Source: Somniosus microcephalus (taxonomy: Eukaryota). From it: 64,000 nucleotides of DNA. A model generated the notes under the pieces. It saw only the letters and a list, made by a program, of their open reading frames with translations, ran no database searches and was not told the DNA's origin. Positions 63,401 to 64,000 of this stretch are shown here, piece after piece (the stretch's first letter is position 1; each line of letters begins with the position of its first letter). Location: positions 241,676,001 through 241,740,000 of the forward strand of contig CM126205.1 of NCBI GenBank assembly GCA_052327205.1. Direction: 5' to 3'. The translations under genes were made by a program, and so were the position numbers.

Positions 63401-63921
63401 CCTTTCAATTTTGAACGCTTCTTGTCCACAGACATCTTCTTGCAGCTCCACAGTGTTACTTCCTTGCTTTGGTCACAAAAAAATGCACCTCCCCAGTAAG
63501 CCTTTAAGAACCTGCAGCAGCATCTGATTGCCCATCTTCTAATCAACAAGCTGCCTATGGTGAGCGCATTTCATGCTAGCGCTTAAATCACTCATGCAAC
63601 TTAAGGATGATCTGGAAATTGGGAGGGGTTCCCCCACTAACTCGTCCAGATGGCTGTAGCTTTCACCGCACGCACATCCTGATGAGAGACCAAAATCGAC
63701 TTCAATGTCTCTAATAGTTAAGTGCAGTTAAGCAGCTATCATAATTCAATTTCATTATCTCTCTGATCCTTGGTTGAATAAATCAGACAGTGATGTACAT
63801 TTTTGCAGTACATATTTTAAAACCATGCTGTTTTTTAAAGTGCCAGAGGTTCCAAAGAAGCCAATTGTTGAAGTAAAAACGGCTATTGTTCCAAGAAAAG
63901 AAAAGGTTGCTCCAACAAAAG
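169..63921 (+). CDS. TTN: Titin, partial multi-exon gene (middle tandem-Ig region, N2A element, start of PEVK); extends beyond both window ends
   Basis: About 72 AG/GT-flanked exons that splice in frame; tandem I-set Ig domains, then UN2A ([24 protein letters not shown]), I81-I83 and VPEVPKKP-type PEVK repeats, in the order known for titin. Confidence 0.98.
585..863 (+). CDS. TTN: titin Ig exon R1 pos2
   Basis: AG/GT, 279 nt, EPPSFRKE..SAVALK. Confidence 0.93.
995..1273 (+). CDS. TTN: titin Ig exon R1 pos3
   Basis: AG/GT, 279 nt, ESPSFVKK..ANLVVK. Confidence 0.93.
1451..2179. mobile_element. MITE-like TIR element
   Basis: Left GGGCTAGAAATTGCTGG vs right CCAGCAATTTCTGGACC (imperfect inverted termini); CpG-richer ends; TSD not clear. 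Confidence 0.6.
2335..2608 (+). mobile_element. HE1/V-SINE-like SINE, 5'-truncated
   Basis: TGTGTGGAGTTTGCACATTCTCCCCGTG..GGGTTTCCTCCGGGTGCTCCGGTTTCCTCCCACAGTCCAAAGATGTGCAGG core, CR1-like 3' tail, internal ~37-bp tandem duplication at ~2477-2552. Confidence 0.8.
2910..3188 (+). CDS. TTN: titin Ig exon R1 pos4
   Basis: AG/GT, 279 nt, EPANITEK..ASITVL. Confidence 0.93.
3300..3587 (+). CDS. TTN: titin Ig exon R1 pos5
   Basis: AG/GT, 288 nt, DRIVPPSF..GVLTVK. Confidence 0.93.
3846..4124 (+). CDS. TTN: titin Ig exon R1 pos6
   Basis: AG/GT, 279 nt, EPPYFTMK..ANLFVK. Confidence 0.93.
6193..6535 (-). mobile_element. CR1-clade LINE 3' fragment
   Basis: Minus ORF TRGHNLRI..RKNFFSQRVVNFWNSLP is the CR1 ORF2 C-terminus; (TTCTTATG)n tail; GAGTCA at both flanks (6189-6194, 6536-6541), a probable TSD. 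Confidence 0.88.
6889..7192 (+). mobile_element. CR1-clade LINE 3' fragment
   Basis: ACCAGGGGTCACAGTCT..TTCACCCAGAGAGTGGTGAACCTGTGGAATTCTCTACC..; 3' tail CTATGCTTCTATG. Confidence 0.85.
7966..8674. mobile_element. MITE-like TIR element (Harbinger-like)
   Basis: GGCCCTGAATTTCC / GGAAAATCAGGCCC inverted ends; AT-rich core shares GGCTAAAAATAAACTTACCT with element 10267-11009. Confidence 0.65.
8960..9180 (+). repeat. CT-rich low-complexity tract
   Basis: Degenerate CTCTCT(T)AACCC units. Confidence 0.6.
10267..11009. mobile_element. MITE with ~18-bp TIR and AAT TSD (Harbinger-like)
   Basis: aat|GGCCCAGAAATTCAGGTC ... GACCCGAATTTCTGGGCC|aat. Confidence 0.85.
11417..11698 (+). CDS. TTN: titin Ig exon R2 pos1
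   Basis: AG/GT, 282 nt, EPPNFIKK..VTITVK. Confidence 0.93.
11810..12088 (+). CDS. TTN: titin Ig exon R2 pos2
   Basis: AG/GT, 279 nt, EPPSFRKK..AGVRLK. Confidence 0.93.
12238..12516 (+). CDS. TTN: titin Ig exon R2 pos3
   Basis: AG/GT, 279 nt, EPPSFVKK..ATLLVT. Confidence 0.93.
12619..12897 (+). CDS. TTN: titin Ig exon R2 pos4
   Basis: AG/GT, 279 nt, EPAQIIEK..TSLTVL. Confidence 0.93.
13203..13836. mobile_element. decayed MITE-like TIR element
   Basis: GGGTGGATTTTAAC / GTTAAAATCTCTCC inverted ends; GC-richer than flanking intron. Confidence 0.5.
13885..14172 (+). CDS. TTN: titin Ig exon R2 pos5
   Basis: AG/GT, 288 nt, DRVIAPSF..GFLTVK. Confidence 0.93.
14430..14708 (+). CDS. TTN: titin Ig exon R2 pos6
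   Basis: AG/GT, 279 nt, EPPNFIEK..AEVFIK. Confidence 0.93.
14920..15201 (+). CDS. TTN: titin Ig exon R3 pos1
   Basis: AG/GT, 282 nt, EPPSFVKK..FVVQVK. Confidence 0.93.
15286..15564 (+). CDS. TTN: titin Ig exon R3 pos2
   Basis: AG/GT, 279 nt, EPPTFTKK..ATASLK. Confidence 0.93.
15737..16015 (+). CDS. TTN: titin Ig exon R3 pos3
   Basis: AG/GT, 279 nt, EPPGFIKK..GTLLVA. Confidence 0.93.
16157..16435 (+). CDS. TTN: titin Ig exon R3 pos4
   Basis: AG/GT, 279 nt, EPAKITEQ..ASLTVL. Confidence 0.92.
16784..17071 (+). CDS. TTN: titin Ig exon R3 pos5
   Basis: AG/GT, 288 nt, DQLIPPLF..GILNIT. Confidence 0.93.
17325..17603 (+). CDS. TTN: titin Ig exon R3 pos6
   Basis: AG/GT, 279 nt, EPPSFIEK..TRLFIK. 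Confidence 0.93.
17881..18162 (+). CDS. TTN: titin Ig exon R4 pos1
   Basis: AG/GT, 282 nt, EPPYFIKK..IKVTVK. Confidence 0.93.
18421..19059. mobile_element. decayed MITE-like element (second copy at ~26156-26796)
   Basis: GC-richer block beginning GGACCGATTTTAA and ending TTAAAGTTCCCC; resembles 13203-13836. Confidence 0.45.
19385..19663 (+). CDS. TTN: titin Ig exon R4 pos2
   Basis: AG/GT, 279 nt, EPPTFTKK..STVSLK. Confidence 0.93.
19840..20118 (+). CDS. TTN: titin Ig exon R4 pos3
   Basis: AG/GT, 279 nt, ERPTFVQT..ATLAVM (missed by ORF track). Confidence 0.93.
20714..20992 (+). CDS. TTN: titin Ig exon R4 pos4
   Basis: AG/GT, 279 nt, EPANIIEK..VSLTVL. Confidence 0.93.
21129..21416 (+). CDS. 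TTN: titin Ig exon R4 pos5
   Basis: AG/GT, 288 nt, EQIIAPLF..AVLSIK. Confidence 0.93.
21674..21952 (+). CDS. TTN: titin Ig exon R4 pos6
   Basis: AG/GT, 279 nt, EPPSFTDK..AELFVK. Confidence 0.93.
22588..22869 (+). CDS. TTN: titin Ig exon R5 pos1
   Basis: AG/GT, 282 nt, EPPSFIKK..TEVEVK. Confidence 0.92.
22990..23268 (+). CDS. TTN: titin Ig exon R5 pos2 (chimeric junction exon)
   Basis: AG/GT, 279 nt, EPPSFRRK..STVSLK. Confidence 0.92.
23469..23747 (+). CDS. TTN: titin Ig exon R5 pos3
   Basis: AG/GT, 279 nt, near copy of 15737-16015. Confidence 0.9.
23892..24170 (+). CDS. TTN: titin Ig exon R5 pos4
   Basis: AG/GT, 279 nt, near copy of 16157-16435. Confidence 0.9.
24519..24806 (+). CDS. TTN: titin Ig exon R5 pos5
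   Basis: AG/GT, 288 nt, copy of 16784-17071. Confidence 0.9.
25060..25338 (+). CDS. TTN: titin Ig exon R5 pos6
   Basis: AG/GT, 279 nt, copy of 17325-17603. Confidence 0.9.
25616..25897 (+). CDS. TTN: titin Ig exon R6 pos1
   Basis: AG/GT, 282 nt, copy of 17881-18162. Confidence 0.9.
27122..27400 (+). CDS. TTN: titin Ig exon R6 pos2
   Basis: AG/GT, 279 nt, near copy of 19385-19663. Confidence 0.9.
27579..27857 (+). CDS. TTN: titin Ig exon R6 pos3
   Basis: AG/GT, 279 nt, copy of 19840-20118. Confidence 0.9.
28453..28731 (+). CDS. TTN: titin Ig exon R6 pos4
   Basis: AG/GT, 279 nt, copy of 20714-20992. Confidence 0.9.
28866..29153 (+). CDS. TTN: titin Ig exon R6 pos5
   Basis: AG/GT, 288 nt, copy of 21129-21416. 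Confidence 0.9.
29410..29688 (+). CDS. TTN: titin Ig exon R6 pos6
   Basis: AG/GT, 279 nt, near copy of 21674-21952. Confidence 0.9.
29891..30679. mobile_element. MITE with G-rich core, present only in duplicate copy B
   Basis: Absent at the paralogous site ~22153; termini GAAATTTTAA / TTAAAATTAC; same family as 53438-54441. Confidence 0.85.
31113..31394 (+). CDS. TTN: titin Ig exon R7 pos1
   Basis: AG/GT, 282 nt, near copy of 22588-22869. Confidence 0.92.
31515..31793 (+). CDS. TTN: titin Ig exon R7 pos2
   Basis: AG/GT, 279 nt, EPPSFRRK..CVVSLK. Confidence 0.93.
32046..32324 (+). CDS. TTN: titin Ig exon R7 pos3
   Basis: AG/GT, 279 nt, EPPSFIRK..AALIVT. Confidence 0.93.
32458..32736 (+). 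CDS. TTN: titin Ig exon R7 pos4
   Basis: AG/GT, 279 nt, ESAKIVEG..ASLAVL. Confidence 0.93.
32850..33137 (+). CDS. TTN: titin Ig exon R7 pos5
   Basis: AG/GT, 288 nt, DRLIAPTF..NTLTVK. Confidence 0.93.
33350..33628 (+). CDS. TTN: titin Ig exon R7 pos6
   Basis: AG/GT, 279 nt, EPPRFIVK..AKLFVT. Confidence 0.93.
34092..34373 (+). CDS. TTN: titin Ig exon, ten-Ig repeat pos1
   Basis: AG/GT, 282 nt, EPPTLTQK..VAVTVK. Confidence 0.93.
34477..34755 (+). CDS. TTN: titin Ig exon, ten-Ig repeat pos2
   Basis: AG/GT, 279 nt, EPPVFSKT..GTLNLK. Confidence 0.93.
34868..35146 (+). CDS. TTN: titin Ig exon, ten-Ig repeat pos3
   Basis: AG/GT, 279 nt, EPAVFVKK..IKNDAGMQECPATVSLL. Confidence 0.93.
35280..35558 (+). 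CDS. TTN: titin Ig exon, ten-Ig repeat pos4
   Basis: AG/GT, 279 nt, EPATIVEK..ASVSIL. Confidence 0.93.
35664..35951 (+). CDS. TTN: titin Ig exon, ten-Ig repeat pos5
   Basis: AG/GT, 288 nt, DRIIPPTF..GVLTVK. Confidence 0.93.
36551..36829 (+). CDS. TTN: titin Ig exon, ten-Ig repeat pos6
   Basis: AG/GT, 279 nt, EPPSFVSK..TKLFVK. Confidence 0.93.
36918..37196 (+). CDS. TTN: titin Ig exon, ten-Ig repeat pos7
   Basis: AG/GT, 279 nt, EPAVFQKK..AEVKIL. Confidence 0.93.
37313..37591 (+). CDS. TTN: titin Ig exon, ten-Ig repeat pos8
   Basis: AG/GT, 279 nt, EPPTFVQH..WYKGDTKLR..AMLTVQ. Confidence 0.93.
37731..38018 (+). CDS. TTN: titin Ig exon, ten-Ig repeat pos9
   Basis: AG/GT, 288 nt, ELKTAPSF..SKLTLK. 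Confidence 0.93.
38198..38485 (+). CDS. TTN: titin Ig exon, ten-Ig repeat pos10
   Basis: AG/GT, 288 nt, EPRVAPVFDKK..EIRSGGNYK..TQVTVK (missed by ORF track). Confidence 0.92.
38933..39223 (+). CDS. TTN: titin Ig exon (I78-like)
   Basis: AG/GT, 291 nt, DRKIPPSFTKK..KLEARVAGSQP..VSVLIK. Confidence 0.92.
39401..40097. mobile_element. CpG-rich MITE with ~16-bp TIR and TTT TSD
   Basis: ttt|GGCCTAGAAATTCAGT ... ACTGAATTTCTAGCCC|ttt. Confidence 0.85.
40503..41153 (-). mobile_element. SacSINE1/DeuSINE-like tRNA-derived SINE interrupted by a ~205-bp insertion
   Basis: tRNA-like head on minus strand (AGCCATGGCTCAGTTGG..GGTTCAAGTC), Deu-like core (CTCATCTGAAAGAC..CTGACAGTGCAGCACTC), L2-type 3' tail; family name from recalled similarity. 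Confidence 0.7.
41373..41660 (+). CDS. TTN: titin Ig exon (I79-like)
   Basis: AG/GT, 288 nt, ELRKPPVCD..QLSCHLHGSEPI..AKITIQ. Confidence 0.93.
43100..44200 (+). mobile_element. degraded L1-clade LINE ORF2 remnant (boundaries approximate)
   Basis: FKTWQKKGITRLDHVF..G..FQCFHIWHFL resembles the W-x-x-KGI..F-x-Y-x-Q-x-RHF segment of fish L1 ORF2. Confidence 0.4.
44681..44770 (+). CDS. TTN: titin N2A exon (linker + start of I80)
   Basis: AG/GTAAGT, 90 nt, EKAVAKK..IFFIEKPKSVKVAE. Confidence 0.9.
45195..45477 (+). CDS. TTN: titin N2A exon (I80 + start of UN2A)
   Basis: 283 nt, phase 1-2, ATFIAKVGGDPIPNVKWMKGKWRQLN..DFRAKLK. Confidence 0.95.
45841..46024 (+). CDS. TTN: titin UN2A exon
   Basis: 184 nt, phase 2-0, [32 protein letters not shown]. 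Confidence 0.95.
46163..46249 (+). CDS. TTN: titin UN2A C-terminal exon
   Basis: 87 nt, phase 0-0, ELEEHERGAEEDEFNELIQYIQQRIEKVE. Confidence 0.88.
46363..46630 (+). CDS. TTN: titin I81 exon
   Basis: 268 nt, phase 0-1, IKINYPEIKLSWYKGTEKLE..VCGPHI. Confidence 0.95.
46719..46979 (+). CDS. TTN: titin I82 exon
   Basis: 261 nt, CQFSLP..TCKYEDLETSA. Confidence 0.94.
47074..47283 (+). CDS. TTN: titin I83 exon (first part)
   Basis: 210 nt, FECEVSFDDAIVTW..MTIHNVTTDDE. Confidence 0.94.
47361..47985 (+). mobile_element. CR1-clade LINE 3' fragment
   Basis: ORF 47397-47888 LYRTLIRPHLEYC..LEKVQKRFTKMI..SLEKRRL..RRNFFTQR..WNLLP, followed by 3' UTR tail. Confidence 0.9.
48045..48122 (+). CDS. TTN: titin I83 exon (second part)
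   Basis: 78 nt, GVYSVIAQLEPRGEAKSTAELYVSSQ. Confidence 0.92.
48221..48247 (+). CDS. TTN: titin micro-exon after I83
   Basis: 27 nt, CAG/GT, phase 1-1, EIILQPRKP (cf. recalled human EIKLELKPP). Confidence 0.75.
48713..48757 (+). CDS. TTN: titin short exon, start of PEVK region
   Basis: 45 nt, DVPDIGIPVEKISFT (cf. recalled human DIPDSRVPIP). Confidence 0.75.
49037..49060 (+). CDS. TTN: titin acidic micro-exon
   Basis: 24 nt, TAG/GTAAC, phase 1-1, EEEWTEEI. Confidence 0.6.
   Translation, partial: KKNGQKK
49385..49568. repeat. short palindromic MITE-like element
   Basis: Central hairpin TTTTCCTTTCCA-ttgactttag-TGGAAAGGAAAA flanked by TATACAC/GTGTATA. Confidence 0.55.
50175..50985. mobile_element. 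MITE with TIR and ATT TSD
   Basis: att|AGGCAGGATTTTCA ... TCAAAATCCAGCCC|att. Confidence 0.72.
51354..51428 (+). other. PEVK-like cassette lacking acceptor AG (pseudo-exon candidate)
   Basis: 75 nt open frame xPEACKTSEDITYTILEEEEISHWK, AAAG|GTACA donor, acceptor reads TTTAAAA. Confidence 0.45.
51732..51797 (+). CDS. TTN: titin PEVK exon
   Basis: 66 nt, VSEVPEKTTERVPVEEEVYMRK. Confidence 0.8.
52853..52948 (+). CDS. TTN: titin PEVK exon
   Basis: 96 nt, VSGVARVAVPEKVPEQAAPSQIPIVQEAVPQK. Confidence 0.82.
53438..54441. mobile_element. MITE with AAT TSD and G-rich minisatellite-like core
   Basis: aat|GGCCGTAATTTTC ... GAAAATTCCAGCC|aat; shares CAGCCAGCCAGATnGAGAGGCTGGCTGGCTG with 29891-30679. 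Confidence 0.82.
54590..55620 (-). mobile_element. degraded CR1-clade LINE RT fragment
   Basis: Minus ORF RYLGLTVD..LYKALLGLYLDYC..W.PH..LEKVQ; upstream CCACAAGGTTCC (PQGS motif); frameshifted. Confidence 0.75.
56129..56203 (+). CDS. TTN: titin PEVK exon
   Basis: 75 nt, VPKKPVAEEITAVTVSRKEAVPPTK. Confidence 0.88.
57419..57493 (+). CDS. TTN: titin PEVK exon
   Basis: 75 nt, VPEVPEFVPEEVKPVIRKEKVSPIK. Confidence 0.88.
57756..58647. mobile_element. MITE with ~16-bp TIR and ATA TSD
   Basis: ata|GGGGGAAAAATTTGGT ... ACCGAATTTCTCCCCC|ata; multiple TAGCGCC/GGCGCTAA subterminal motifs. Confidence 0.82.
59706..60665 (-). mobile_element. L2-clade LINE 3' fragment
   Basis: Tail AACAACAGCTTGCATTTATATAGC..; purine-rich antisense ORF2 remnant; tail shared with the SINE at 40503. 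Confidence 0.7.
60828..60905 (+). CDS. TTN: titin PEVK exon
   Basis: 78 nt, VPEVAVKRTPEEPVPVQRKEEITPGK. Confidence 0.88.
61581..61664 (+). CDS. TTN: titin PEVK exon
   Basis: 84 nt, VQEIPKKAVAEEVKPIIISRKKEVSPLE. Confidence 0.88.
63841..63921 (+). CDS. TTN: titin PEVK exon
   Basis: 81 nt, VPEVPKKPIVEVKTAIVPRKEKVAPTK. Confidence 0.9.
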
Positions 63922-64000
63922 GTACAAGATTACTCGGCGACTCTTACACCAACAATATCTTCACATAACGCAACGTTTTGTTGTTTCCATTACAATGGAA

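Noticed and set aside
62330-63700. GC-richer block possibly made of decayed SINE and Harbinger-like remnants (similar SINE-like pieces at ~20260-20480 and ~36100-36410)
   Set aside because: Too degraded to assign boundaries or family by eye
1-64000. CRISPR array, tRNA/rRNA genes or prokaryote-type systems
   Set aside because: No repeat-spacer array; the only tRNA-like sequence is a SINE head; the window is spliceosomal exon-intron DNA

Overview
Eukaryotic, AT-rich genomic DNA from a vertebrate, very probably a shark or ray (inferred from HE1/V-SINE-like and SacSINE1-like repeats). The whole window is an internal + strand segment of the titin gene (TTN), I-band part. It holds 54 single-Ig exons (279/282/288/291 nt, all phase 1-1), arranged as seven six-Ig super-repeats, one ten-Ig super-repeat and I78/I79-like domains (169-41660). 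These are followed by the N2A element (I80, UN2A, I81-I83; 44681-48122), three short exons and the first PEVK exons (to 63921). Introns carry CR1, L2 and L1-like LINE fragments, SINEs and many TIR elements with 3-bp TSDs (Harbinger-like MITEs). The most notable structures are: a ~7.7-kb tandem duplication of 12 Ig exons with a near-identical core, more diverged edges and a chimeric junction exon; an expanded six-Ig super-repeat count with only one ten-Ig repeat; a filled/empty MITE site pair; and two PEVK-like cassettes with AA in place of the acceptor AG. I found no evidence of a new non-titin gene or system. All boundaries and identities were read by eye; comparisons with human titin and repeat family names are from memory, not from a search.
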